Assembly: GCA_951406725.2 (NCBI GenBank) | Contig: OX597827.1 | Location: 50,778,001-50,842,000 of the forward strand | Direction: 5' to 3' | Length of the DNA stretch: 64,000 nucleotides | Origin: Octopus vulgaris | Lineage: Eukaryota | Shown here: in pieces, positions 12,038-25,496 of the stretch | Numbering within the stretch: the stretch's first letter is position 1 | Layout: the number at the start of each line of letters is the position of its first letter | The notes under the pieces: generated by a model | Databases searched by the model: none | Told to the model about the DNA's origin: nothing | Seen by the model: the letters and a program-made list of their open reading frames with translations, nothing else | Program-made: the position numbers and the translations under genes

Positions 12038-12989
12038 CCAGCGTGTGTATCTCTTAGATACCCTATTTTATCATTTTAACAATAATTATTGCCTTTGAAG
12101 GTTTTTATTCCCATGCTGGCCACCTGATAAGATCGGTATTTAAATAACGATCGTATCCTTATTTACATAAATTTACATATAAATATACATATATATAGCT
12201 GTCCTCTTGTTCTGCTTGGCAACAATCAATTTTGGATAACATCTTAGAATACATGTGACATTTTTAATACTGTAAACTGGCAGCCATTCATAGTCTTCTT
12301 TGTATTAGGTTTGTAGCTTTTTACAAAAGAAACCATTTACGCGGGCACGCATGCACTTCGTGATACATGATTTTAAATTAAGATTTCATCTGTAGCTGAA
12401 ATAAGACCTTGTTAGGAATATATTTTTTTCTCAAAGGTGACGTCCATTAAGTACATATATGTTTACATGTATCATGCAAATAAGTCTCCCTCTGTGTATA
12501 CGTGTATGCATATTTGTATGTATCACATATGCGATGATCGTGTGCGTGTGTTTACTCCAAGGCAGTCAAATGCAAAATCTTTGGACTGTTGTAGAAATCT
12601 TCACTGCACCACATATCGATTGAGTAGTTTTTCAAGTTTTTAAGCAGATCTGTTATTACACATAGCCGTGAACATGTATGAGAATTGGTAAAAATGAAAA
12701 TCTATAAATCGGACACAAGGACTTTAAGTTACACCTTAGTTCATAGACTTTCTGTTTTTTTCATATATTTTGACGAGACTTTTAGATTATAGTAATGCAT
12801 GATTTTTGCTCCATGTCTCATAGAATAATAACAGGCCGACCGTGATTGCAGTGGATTTTCATCGAAATATTTCACCAGTATTCTTTATTTTCAAAGGTGT
12901 GGATACAGTATGCACGAATGTATGTATGTGTACATACATACACCCACACATCCACGAGTACGTATGCCTGTGTATACATGCGTGTATGT

Positions 12990-13354
12990 TTGAAGCACTC
13001 CGTCGGTTACGACGACGAGGGTTCCGGTTGATCCGATCAACGGAACAGCCTGCTCGTGAAATTAACGTGTAAGTGGCTGAGCACTCCACAGACACGTGTA
13101 CCCTTAACGCAGTTCTCGGGGATATTCAGAGAGTGACAAGGCCGGCCCTTTGAAATACAGGTACAACAGAAACAGGAAGTAAGAGTGAGAGAAAGTTGTG
13201 GTGAAAGAGTACAGCAGGGATCACCACCATCCCTGCCGGAGCCTCGTGGAGCTTTCGCTCAATAAACACTCACAACGCCCGGTCTGGGAATCGAAACCGC
13301 GATCCTACGACCTCGAGTCCGCTGCCCTAACCACTGAGCCATTGCGCCTCCACA
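12990..13354 (-). mobile_element. SINE family C (tRNA-derived head, probably tRNA-Arg), full length, 11-bp TSD
   Basis: Head tgtggaggcgcaatggctcagtggttagggcagcggactcgaggtcgtaggatcgcggtttcgattccc with A/B boxes and TCG anticodon-like loop. TSD tgcgtgtatgt at 12979-12989 and 13356-13366. Confidence 0.9.
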
Positions 13355-14704
13355 TTGCGTGTATGTAAATACGCATGAATGTATGTGTAAATTTTTGTAG
13401 CGTATATTTATTGCGAACGAAGGCAAGGAACAACCTAACAATGAAGTGGCTTGTCTGACATACTATATAATCAATGAATTCAAACAAAGATAAAAATTTA
13501 TTTAAATTAATACGTCACATTAGGATTTTATGAAGGTTTCCAAGGTAATACAGATATTGCATAACAAAACGCGTGTTTCCTCCTCCCTTCTATATGCTTC
13601 TAATTCTATTCAGAATTTCATTACATTTCTATTTGATTGCAATGCAAATCGCTCGAACTAAATTCACTTTAATTTGTCTTCTACCACAGTTTATATTTCT
13701 ACGTGAATTCCTCGACAATTTCATTTCGAACATTCAATATTTGAATTGAATTGATTTCTTAGCTGATAGGAAGTTTTCTTGAAACATAAACAGGTGAACT
13801 ATAAACTTAATGACTATTTGTACCAAACAAATTTTTTTTATTGTATTAAAACATAAAATGTATTATTTGTATACATACAGGTAAATGGTGAGAGACTTGA
13901 TGATTTTCTTTTCTTTTTTATGTGACAATTTTGGTTTTTAACATCACTAACTATCCGCCCAGTTGACACTGGTGACAACATAATAATCATGAAAAGTGTT
14001 TTACCATCTCATTTTAAACATTTAGACAACTGGAAAAATAGTCAAAGATTTTCAGAGAGAAACTGATCGATGCATTGTATATTCTGAAACTATGTTAAAG
14101 ACGTTATCACACTGAAATCACAGAACTACGATTACATCAATACAAATAAAAAAAATGACTCCTTACATATACTATATACGCACCAAATCATTTAGAAATA
14201 TTGATATTGATAACTTATATATATATAAGGGTAATACGCTAAATGTATAACTATAAAAGAGGATATAATAAATAAAACAAAATTTTGGAAAGCTGATACA
14301 AGCAGAAAAATAAAGCTGTCCATACATACAACGGTTATGTCTGGTTGGGCACAATCATACCTTTGGACAATTTTTCCTCCTAGTTTGTTAATATAATATG
14401 TGTGCCTATATGTGTGTGTGTGTGTGTGTGTGTCGAAAACTTTCCTAACGAAACGACTCTCATACAATCATAGTTACCTTCGTTATTAATTTTTGATGTA
14501 ATTATAATAACTTTTATTAATAATGAGATCGTTGTGAATGTTTGTGATTGTCGTTGAAACGGCAATAGCAAAAATTGTTTTTGAAATATTGATATTTTTT
14601 GCTTTTATTTGTTTTGTTCTGTTTTTTTTTTTCTAATGCTTTGCTTTTAGCATACAGTTTAGCAAGTTATAAATTCTATGCATTATTATTATACATTAGG
14701 AAGT

Positions 14705-15140
14705 CTGTGAGCTGGCACAATTGTTAGCTCACTGGGAAGAATGCTTAGCGGTATTTCACCCGTCTTTACATTATGAGTTCGAATTCCACCGAAGTCCAAA
14801 TTACCTTTCATCTTTTCGGGATCAATAAATTAAGTACCAGTTGAGCCCTGGGGTCGATGTAATCGACTTAAATCCTCCCACAAATCTTCAGGCTTTGTAC
14901 TTATTGTAGAGAGGATTATTATTATACGATAGGAAATTTGCGTGCAGGCAGAATCGTTACTGCGCCGAACAGAGTGCTTAGCGGCATTTCTTCTGGGTTT
15001 TACGTTCTAAGTTCAAATGCCACCGAGGTTGACTTTGCTTTCCATCCCTTAGAGGACGATCAAATAAGAAGCAATTGATCAGTAATCGAGTTACTCCTCC
15101 CCAAAAATTTCAAGCCTAGTTCCTGAAAGGAATATTATTA
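14705..15140 (+). mobile_element. Two tandem degenerate SINE family B-related copies
   Basis: Two decayed head + central-domain units (gagttcgaattccaccgaagtc...; aagttcaaatgccaccgaggttgactttgctttccatcc) with attatt tails. Confidence 0.75.
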
Positions 15141-16128
15141 TAGCTACTATTGCATTGCAGTAATCAAATATTAGAGTTTAATTGTAAAAGCTGAACTCTA
15201 AAATCTGTGGCTGTCATTCTCATGCATAAGCAGTTGTTCAATACACACACACACACACACACACACACATATGTATAGGAACAGTGGTGAATACTTAAAA
15301 GTTTTCTTCGCAAGCGGGCTCAGTTAAATTGTGCAGCACCCCTTATGCAAATTGCAGGTGCTAGTACAGTAATGTGCCCGCTTCAGCATTCAATACTCAG
15401 AGGGGAAGAGGTTAGTAAAAGAAAAATACAAACTCGCTATCTTCAGTTCTGTTTTCGAGCTTATCCTCTCTCATAGTTATGAATATTTGATACAGAACGA
15501 AAGGGCACGATCGCGAATACAAACGGTGAAAATGGGGTTTCAATGGGGGATCTCTGGCATACTGTTACTCGGCGGGGCGCGTAGCTTCTAGATCACGGAG
15601 TCTCTCCAGGTCGAGCTACTACTTCTCCGCATTGAAAGGTCACAGCTTCTGGTACTTCATATCCAATCACCCTGCACTTAACCTTAATGACCGAAACAAG
15701 TGCAAGTTAAAAAATATACAATGCTGCACGAACGGTTCGCAAGACATGTTTCTTCCTGCCGAGCGAATCGGTAGGAAACTTAGCGAGATGGCTGGATAAT
15801 ATCCATACTCTCATTTTGTCATGCTTGAGAATCTAGCTGGAAAGTATAATGGTGGTTGCTCAGGGTTCTGTCCTCACGACCTTATCCCCAAACATCCACG
15901 AACAGTGAGCAGAGAAAATGGATATATATATATAAGAAATTTCAAATAGTCTTGCATCGCTCGAGGCGGCAGTGAGGGTTGATTTTTGCACATGCGCTGT
16001 AAAAAAACAAAGACGACCGGAAGATGTGAGAGAAGAAAAGCATGTGTGTGTGTATATGTGTGTATGTGTGTGCGTGTGCGAGCGAGTGCGCACACACATG
16101 CATACAGTGGTTTTTGAGCATATGTATT

Positions 16129-16442
16129 ACACGAAAAAAGAAGTTTACTATTTTTAACCACGCAAAACTTTGCTCATGATCATTCACAAAAGAAAAAAGA
16201 AAAAATTCCATGACATTATGTTGATTGATATTATTCATTATCAACATGAAATTGGATGGCATGATAAAAAATTTCCCAGGCTAAACGTATGCTAGAATTT
16301 TTTTTTATGATGCCGTCCAATTTCATGTCGATAATGGATAATATCAATCAAGATTCTCTCATAGATTTTTTTCCATGCAGTGCAATGATGATGAGCAAGT
16401 TTTTGAATAGTTAAAAAAGGACTGAACTTCTTTTTCTTGTGT
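16129..16442. repeat. Imperfect ~310-bp fold-back (MITE-like)
   Basis: Arms pair, e.g. ttgattgatattattcattatcaacatgaaattggatggcat / atgccgtccaatttcatgtcgataatggataatatcaatcaa; centre ~16285. Confidence 0.8.
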
Positions 16443-16909
16443 TTTTTTTTTTTTTTTTTTTTTCATTTTCGAAGTAAAATATTTTTAAAAAATTACTCGA
16501 CGCAATCGTAATGTACACCGTCGAAAAGGTATCGCTGCAAAATTTCGTTTAAAAATAAGCCTTATTGAGAAAACTCTGAGGAAACAATTTCTGTTGGGAC
16601 ATAAATCCGCAGTTGTGCTATAACATTCACTCACTTACACACACACAAGAAGAAATTTTGCTGGTTCATTTCTAGCAAAGCTCGCCTTCTGTCTTTGAGA
16701 ATATCAGGGGCAACTCCAACAATTTTGAAGGCAGTTGTGTATGATTTGTGGGAGCTTTCACTGCTACTTTGAACAGGTCAATAGGTCAATTAGACACATA
16801 GAATCTCCTGGCCAAGATTACTTTGACCGCTCAGTAGCAACCACTTCAAGATAGTCTCTGTATACTACGTATAACAATACACAGAAATCTTCTGAACCAG
16901 AATTCTCTT

Positions 16910-16978
<69 letters not shown>

Positions 16979-17945
16979 ATTTCTTTCATTATAAGTTTAC
17001 CGTAAGTATATTCTTAGCACTTCACTAATTTCGTCATTTATCAATCCAACAGTTGATTTTTATATGACTTACTGTGATATTGGTGGACATGTATCTACGT
17101 GTAAACTTACAGAGCCTTATATTACTCCTAAGAAAGTTAAGAAGTTTGCGTCAATAATATACGTTTTAAAGGTTGGATTATTGTTGCTGCTCTCACTCCT
17201 TAGTACCAGATCATGTGACTGAACAAATCTAATTTGACTGTGACCATCGCGTCCTTTTTGTAAACCAGGACTATATTGTTTGATGTCGCCTTCCGTATTT
17301 TAAGATGGTAAGGTGTCTTTTGAATTCCATTATCATTTCTTGTAGGTTTTAATCTATCATTCAGTTTATCCCCACGACTAGTCTCTAGCGGAGTTCACTC
17401 TCTTACAAGCATGTGGATCTCGTTCGTATGACCGTAAAAATCTTTATGCGCAGGACCACCCCCTCTAAATAATATCATTAGAAAAAGGTTGAGCGATCTC
17501 CTAGAGGTCACTTCGTTGATTTGTGGTTCACCTGTTCACTCAAAATCGAGGAATTTCTAATGGAGGCCTTATTTTGTACACTATAGCCGAATATTAAACA
17601 GTATTGATTTAAAACTTGCAATTGAAAATATTAATTGACTGCAATATCGATTTTCAAGATTTTATTATAGAAGAGCTTATTCTTAGTCAATTATTAAATA
17701 AAACTACCGAAATATTTTTTAAATAACCACAAAACTATGGTGAGACGTATGTGTGTATGTGTGTGTATGTGCGGTGTATGTGTGTGTGTGTATATATACA
17801 TACACAATACATATTTATGGTCATCTGCTCCACACACATGCTGTTCTGGATCCGATCCCACAACGTGATACACTAGGCTAGTGTCTTCTACGTTATCCTC
17901 GGATCTATGAAAGCTTTATGTGAAAATTGTTGAGAACACCGTCGG

Positions 17946-18015
<70 letters not shown>

Positions 18016-18465
18016 ATTTGGGAATCTCCTTCGGTCATGGCTGATCATATGTTTCTGCAGTTGGAAATTCCTTTCTAACCAAGCATGACCAAGGTTTAGA
18101 AGACGACTAACACTTGCTCATGCATGATATTTAAAAACAATCGAGGGTGATTACAACTTGCTACCAGCATTTTTGCAGATATTGTATTTAGTACACGAAT
18201 AGCTACATACCTCACTCAATAATATATAGCCCATTTTCTATAAAATTGTATGTGTGTGTACGCGCGCGTATTGTTCCAACTATGTTCTCACTATTCATAC
18301 CCAGGTCGACTTGTCTTAGTTACTAATGAAATCGATAAAATAAATACCAGACTACTTATTGAATGTTGATATAAGCGACTTAAACCTTTTCCTACAGAAT
18401 CCCAGAATGACAGGCAGTTGAACGGCTGAAACCAGTAAAAGTAAGGTAGTAAAATGATAAAATGT

Positions 18466-18875
18466 TTTACTCTTTACTCTTTTACTTGTTCAGTCATTTG
18501 ACTGCGGCCATGCAGGAGCACCGCCTTTAGCCGAGCAAGTCGACCCCAGAACTTATTCTTTGTAAGCCTAGTACTTATTCTATCGGTCTCTTTTGCCGAA
18601 CCGCTAAGTTACGGGGACGTAAACACACCAGCATCGGTTGTCAAGCGATGCTAGGAGGACAAACACAGACACACAAACATACACAGACACATATATATAT
18701 ATACATATATACGACGGGCTTCTTTCAGTTTCCGTCTACCAAATCCACTCACGAGGCTTTGGTCGGCCCGAGGCTATAGTAGAAGACACTTGCCCAAGGT
18801 GCTACGCAGTGAGACTGAACCCGGAACCATGTGGTTGGTAAGCAAGCTACTTACCACACAGCCACTCCTACGCCT
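18466..18875 (-). mobile_element. SINE family A, full length
   Basis: Reverse complement of family A; imperfect TSD taaaat(g/a)tttt. Confidence 0.92.
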
Positions 18876-21188
18876 AAAATATTTTCAAAATCCCATGTTC
18901 AACATGACATGCAGGAAAACGCTTATAGACGAAAATATAAAGCAATTAATTTCTTTGCGTGATATATATATATTTCTGAAAGGATATTTATTCTGAAAAG
19001 ATGGTTTAAGAATTATCAAAATAGTTTAGTTTTTCAGCTTATGCTATGCCTAAGAATAGTTGGAGTCCTTCGAACTGATAGCGCTATACACGAGATAAAT
19101 AGGTGTTCTTATCCCCACCAGGTGGCCATAACATAAACACCTTGTAATATTACTGCTGCGCCTAAAGCTAACGTATTTCTTATCACTTGAAGTATGCCTG
19201 GAGTAACGCACTTGGAAACGAAAGAATTTCATTTAAAATTTATTTCAAAACTTTTTTCAAGCACGTACTTATCAACTATACTCCCTCTTACACACATATA
19301 TGTAAGCACACACACAAACACACACGACACACATACATACAAACATACACATACAAACATGTTTGTGTGCGTATGTGTGTGTTTGTGTACAGAGAGAGAA
19401 AGAGAGAAAGAAAGAGAGGGAGTGGAGTAGAGAGATCCATTCTTTCAAACATGTTATATTGAATGTGTTCGAGTTTAATATGTTCAAGATGTTTTGTATG
19501 TTCATAGTTTTCGTGCTCAGTCAAACATAATACCATTTCTAAGTCCTTCGACATTCTAAGACCTAGTCTGTCGTATTTCTGCTTGAAATGATGATGGTTG
19601 AGCGTTCTTGCTGCACTTTATAGAGACAACTAGCGATCGTGAAGAAGAGTGTTATAACTGATATGATCTTTATCGCCTGAAGCATATTATAAAAGTAATC
19701 AAGATTTAACGGTTAAACAATTTTAAAATACATCTATGGCAATTTTATCATTTACATTATTTTCGTAATTCCCTGAAGCTTACTTTAAAATGCAACCATA
19801 ACGAGTCACTTTATCGTTTCATTCGTACACAAAAAATTTGTGATTAAAAATTTCGTTCTGAGTCAGAGAAGGAAAACTTAAAGCTAGTCACAATTGCTGG
19901 TATCTCTGAAAAACAAAGAAGAGGCAGTTTTATGAAATTTATGAATAATTTCTTCATTGGATTAATTTGGTTAGGAAAACAACAGTCTGGCCTTTGCTTG
20001 AAGAAAAGGAACAATTACTGATATACTGTTTCAGTCTAATTTTGTCCTCATCTTCGCAGAATAGTCCTAGCTTACCTCCAGATCAATTTTGAACATGTTC
20101 ATAAATGACAGAGAGCTTAATGTGTTCAGCATATTATTTATAGCCGATGAGTTTAAATTGAGACCTAAAACATTGAATCTTACCTCTAAACAGATGAAAT
20201 TATCTTTTTCTCCAAGTATGTTAATCCAATAATTTAATCCCAATTTATTAAAATTATCTCCCCTTGTTCGGAGTTACTAACAACTGCTGCTAGGTTTTTA
20301 TTTAATTTCTCTGACTTAGAGGGAAAGTTATATCATAATATTTATATTATAATACGAGGCATGTTCCTCTGCCCATCTATCGCTATTTTCAGATAATTTA
20401 TTTGGAGAAACGAACGAGAAAATTGCAGCAAAGCTGCGAGATAGTGGTGTCTGACGTAACATGAAGGCCATCATATAACTTGTTTGACATTGCGTTTTTA
20501 TTCTTCTCTTCCGTTTTATTTTAACATGCACATTTCGTTAGTATTCTTCTCTTCCGTTTTACAAATTCATTGTGCACATGCACATTGCGCTTTCATACCT
20601 CTCTTTTCGGTTCCTACTCAGAATTGTTTACATATCACAACCATCTCACGAACCTGCGGTCATGGGGGAGCGCTTTGCACTCTGATGGTTGTGAAGAAAA
20701 GACTGATGAATATTTCATTCTCAATTACAATAGACTGTGTGATCAAAGGACAAATGACGTAGAGAAAAAGAGACTTTAAAAATAGATTTGTTAAAACCTT
20801 TAGCCAGCAAAACAGTTAATTTTACTGTAAACCAATTTCAATTAACACTTGAGACTACTTATTTTTAAGGTGAATAAGTTATTTTACAAAAACCTTCATT
20901 TGGAAAAAGAATTAATTCTGATGTTTGTAAGGTAAACATATTATTTTCCACTTAAATATTTGTTGATATACAACAATTCTGGAATTTAAAAAGATAATGA
21001 AATCATGAAACAGTCTTTATTTTTACTAAAAATAATTCATTGAAAATTATCATTTACCACTTTTTTATGTTTCAGGATGTTTCGGCTAAGCTAGTTCACT
21101 GAAACATTATGTTAATATTATGGACAAAATTATTATTTCCTTTGTAATGCATCATCTGCCAGAAATATTACAAATATACACAGTCACA

Positions 21189-21616
21189 AATGCGAGGGTT
21201 GTTCCTCAAACTGTTAGAAACTCATAGCAGACAGGTTTCCCACAAACCAATCAGAAAGACATCGTAATCATGAAACAGAATTTTCTTGTTTATGGAGAAG
21301 TTATCTACGTAAATATACATTTTGTGGAATGTATATACTGAGTTAGGAGAATATGAAATACAATATTTTAAAAATAGATCGTTTATTAAGCATTCACTGA
21401 AAGATAACCTACATTCCAATAATTTAAGCAACTAAAGTATATCTAATATAAAACCTATTTCTCTGAAAAGGAAAATAGAAATCTTCCATTTCTTTGAAAG
21501 GCTTTGTATTCAAATTGAAAATGAGAGAAAATGAAGCATTGAAAATGGACAAAATAGTAATGTGCTAAGCTACGGTTATGAAACTAGTTTCAACAATTTG
21601 AGAATATCTTTGCATA
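21189..21616. mobile_element. Possible old Tc1/mariner-type MITE
   Basis: Degenerate inverted ends tgcgagggttgttcctcaaactgttagaaact / agttttcaacaatttgagaatatctttgca. Confidence 0.35.
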
Positions 21617-23182
21617 CCTCATTCTGTACAACCTCTTCTTAACGTCTCACACACACGCGCGTGTGAAATACCTGTCGCACGTTGACTTCTTTTCCTTCCT
21701 CTTCTTCCTCTTCCCATTATTATTGTTATTGTTGCTGTTGCTGTTTTGTTTTACCAGTACATGTCTGCAGAGATGTGCTGAGACATTTTGATCACACTTG
21801 ATATTTTTATTGAAGGTGGATCTGGTTTGTCTTATGGACTCAGTGACCTATCGCGAATCAGATCACGTCGATGTGTGGAAAAAATTTTTAATTTGACATC
21901 GCTTAGCATTTCGTCAGAATGTACTGCTCAAGTATCATATCTTTCCATTGAACGACCTGTATCAGTTACTAAAATAAGTTATGCTCACTTTTACATTACT
22001 CCCTGGATAACCATCGTATCAAGTATAGTTGATAGCAATAACACGTTTTGTTTCTAAGAGAATATGTTTCATTAAACTCTGTTTGCACTAAGTTCTATGA
22101 CTGACTGACTCCTTAATATAGAAAATTTTCGCTTTGGAATTCTGTTAGTAAAGTTGTTGTGCTTTGTTTTTTTTTTTTGTTTTTTTTACTAAAGTAGGTA
22201 TTAATTAGTAATTATCTGACTTTCAACAAAAAGCTTCTTTACATTTTGCATCATATAAATTTTCCAGAGTAATTACAAAATCTACTCACTATGTAGTATA
22301 ACTAGAATTCTTTCTCTCTCATGTGTGTATGTGTGTGTGAGCTTCCACGCACAAAATCAAAATCTTTACATACACAAAAGTTCTAATTACCCAAAATCTA
22401 TTACAGAGAATTTTGCGAAGAATATTTAACTTAATTTATCCAAACATCATCAACTTAGAAATATTTAATAACGCTAAATATTATTATAAGGCTCCGTTGG
22501 AAAGTGGTTTTGAAGATAAGATCTAATTTATTATATCCACTGATAAAAATAACTAAATTTAGCGTAAATTCTGATTATAAACATTCGTAGCATTAATACA
22601 CCAAGCAAACCCTTCACTTAACCCTTAACCCTTCTAAACCTGAAAATACTGCTTACAAAGGAATAAGTCATAATACTAATATATCTACAATGATGCAGCT
22701 AGCAATAGATATAAAAATAAACCCTATTAATGCTACAAATACTCCAAAAAAATAATAAAACTAAAACACAAAATTGGTGTATCTAAATCTTTAGAGTGTG
22801 AATATGTAATTAAGCATGGAATTAAGCACTGCAATAAAATAAAATGTTTGAAAAAATCTAATAAGGTTGAGTCAAACTGCCGCAACACACGTAAAACTAA
22901 TGCTAAAATTTTTAACTTAAAAGGTAAGTTAAGAAATAATATAATCTATTCTGACATATCGACAACTGATTACTCTTGTAACATCTTTAAAAGGTAACTT
23001 CCACAAAAGATAACTAATATACACCTTCCATTAAAAATAGTAATACACAAGGCTCGAAATTTTGTGGGAGGAGGCCAGTCGATTAGATCGTCGCCAGTAC
23101 GCAACTGGTGCTTAATTTATCGACCCCGAAAGGATGAAAGGCAAAATCGGCCTCAGCGGGGAAAAAAGAAATATTAAAAAGA

Positions 23183-23434
23183 GTAAAATGGAATGTAACT
23201 TGGCTTAAAGCACCTTGTGCAAGAAACGTTCAGACAAGAGTGCCTAAAGCTTTCTTTGATGGATTAAGTAGGAACTCTCCTCCTAACTAGAAGTGTTACG
23301 CTATTTTTGATAAATGCACGGTTAAGTTCTCTAACTCTACAACACCAAATCTTGCTTGTCTTACAGAATACCTTAATGCTAGCAAAATGAATAAATATAG
23401 CAAAAATAAAACAAAAAAAACATAAACTTTCTCT

Positions 23435-23500
<66 letters not shown>

Positions 23501-24100
23501 TTCTCTCTTTTGCTTACTTTACTATTCTGGATAGCCCTGAAATGGGTAAGATTCTGAATACTGAAAATAATTATACAAAGTCTAAGATATACATCCAAAC
23601 TCTAGTACTTCACAACGCTCATCAAATTGATAGTAATGTAATTAATTAACATAATATAAAATTTAACAACTATATATATTAGCAACAGAAGCAATACTAA
23701 TACCGAGAGGTAATACTTATCCTCATTCAAACGTGGATGTTCTGTTAGAACAGACTAAACTGCAGTAAATACCATGAGAGAAATTCCCATATTTGTATTT
23801 GGAGCAAAATGCCAATATGGGAGTTTCTCTCGTGATATTTACTGCAGTATAGTCCGTTCTAACAGAACATCCAGGTTTGAACGAGGATAAATATTACCTC
23901 TCAAAAATATAATAATTTTATATACCCTCTTAACGAAATAACGAAAGAAATCAGCGCTAGTAATTCTCATCCTTAAAATAGCAACAATAACTTAACATGC
24001 CTGAACTCAAACTCTTTATAACTTATCAATGTATTTAGCAATATTAGAAAATCAAATAAGAAATATTAAATATAAAAAATAAACTGGAAAATCATGTAAA
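23183..24100 (+). pseudogene. Old PLE fossil of a second clade (WFNPP-type thumb + GIY-YIG C-terminus)
   Basis: 23183-23395 translates VKWNVTWLKAPCARNVQTRVPKAFFDGLSRNSPPN*KCYAIFDKCTVKFSNSTTPNLA, matching NIIWFNPPY..NV.T...K.F...I...FP..HK...IFN..TVK.SYS..PN. Near 24023-24097, LSMYLAILENQ...INWKIM matches LSKYIW.LK....I.WKIL. Confidence 0.65.
23705..23902. repeat. ~200-bp imperfect palindrome
   Basis: gagaggtaatacttatcctc...cccatatt(tg) pairs with (cc)aatatggg...gaggataaatattacctctc; ~90-bp arms, short loop. Confidence 0.9.
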
Positions 24101-24179
24101 TGATAGCAATAATAAAACTTGAGACTTATTTCAACGTGGGTCAGCTTTATGAAATAATGATTTTAAATAACTAAATAGA

Positions 24180-24347
24180 CGCAGACGTTGTTGTGTGGTA
24201 AAGAGTTTGCTCGCTTGCTTCCTAACCACACAGTTCTGCGTTCAATCCCTCTGCGTGGTACTTAGAACTGTTTTCTTCTGCCATACCCTCTAAAGTTTTG
24301 TGAGTGACTTTATGAATTGGTAGACAGAAATTGAAAGAAACCTGCCG

Positions 24348-24348
<1 letters not shown>
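24180..24348 (+). mobile_element. Degenerate SINE family A 5' half
   Basis: gtgtggtaa...aaccacacagttctgcgttcaatccc...ggtagacagaaattgaaagaaacc followed by (TA)n. Confidence 0.75.
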
Positions 24349-24378
<30 letters not shown>

Positions 24379-25462
24379 GTCTCTCCCATCATTATGAGGG
24401 CTCGGGGTAATTTCTTGCCAACAACCATACAGGTGATATGTTTATAGTGACCAAATGTTTGTGTACACATAAGCTCATTCACTCCATCAACTCGACATTA
24501 CCTAAACGTAGAACTACTCTCACTTGTCACCTTAGAGGTAACATCATCGGATCTACGTCTAATTCCTTTAAATTACATCTTACATACTCACAGCTTGAGG
24601 CCCGTCGCCAGACTTTGGTGCCTGTGGGTGCTTCAGAACATTCTGGTTGGGCACAAATTTGTAATAATGTTAAACTGGAGTTTCAAGTATATCACTGTAA
24701 ATCTGAAGGTACACCACTGAATAGTGAGGTGGGGCAGTGCCGTCCAGTGCACCCTTCTCTATCGACGGGATGCACAGCTTTGGGAACAAAACAAAAATTA
24801 TGCGAACCAACCATACTAGCTAAGTACTTACTTTATCCTAAAGTTTAGAGTACAAGTATATGAACTACACTTCGCTCTACTGAAGCACTACATACGGTTT
24901 TTAGGTAACAATAAATAACTTGACCTAAAACAGGTATGCTTTTTCTCTTGCAAACAAAGTTCTATAACAATGCATAACATTGTACGCGAGCAAAATAGTA
25001 AATGATTGGCGAACACATTCGTTCGGGTGACTAAGTGCATCAGATATAACCATGCATAATACGATAATTCTACCATAAGAATATAGAAACATTTAAATAA
25101 CAATGGTTTAAAATTACTTTATCTTCACTCTACAAAGCATGATACTTATACCTACAAATGTCCTTATTGTATTTTCAAACGGACAGATTTTAATGTTTCT
25201 TCATATTTCTTGCTTTCCTTTGATGTGCGTTAACGTTAGACCACCATAAAATTTGGCGACGGGCCCGTGTTGCTGTTTGGCTGTGTATTAATAGAGATAT
25301 TTATTTCAGTAGATGCAAACGTACACTCATTATACAAACATTTATGTATACATACGCATCCATATACAGACACCCAGACACGCGCGCCCACACACACATA
25401 TATAAATATTTGTATATACATATACGCATATACATACATATACATACATATATATATATATG

Positions 25463-25496
<34 letters not shown>

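Noticed and set aside
12124-12158. CTGATAA + GATCG/CGATC hairpin
   Set aside because: Lacks GAAA and has an uncompensated G8A change.
13280-13354. tRNA genes in SINE heads
   Set aside because: tRNA-like A/B boxes continue into SINE bodies with TSDs; no proper acceptor stem.
20078-20165. Small exon-like open segment on the minus strand (ttttag...gag|gtaagc)
   Set aside because: Short, no recognisable product, and no compatible neighbouring exons.
22619-22632. Telomere-like taaccc repeats
   Set aside because: Only two imperfect units; expected by chance.
24438-24848. 136-aa plus-strand ORF and a minus-strand exon-like segment 24592-24777
   Set aside because: No recognisable domain. The exon-like segment has stops in all three frames; a non-coding exon cannot be excluded but is unsupported.
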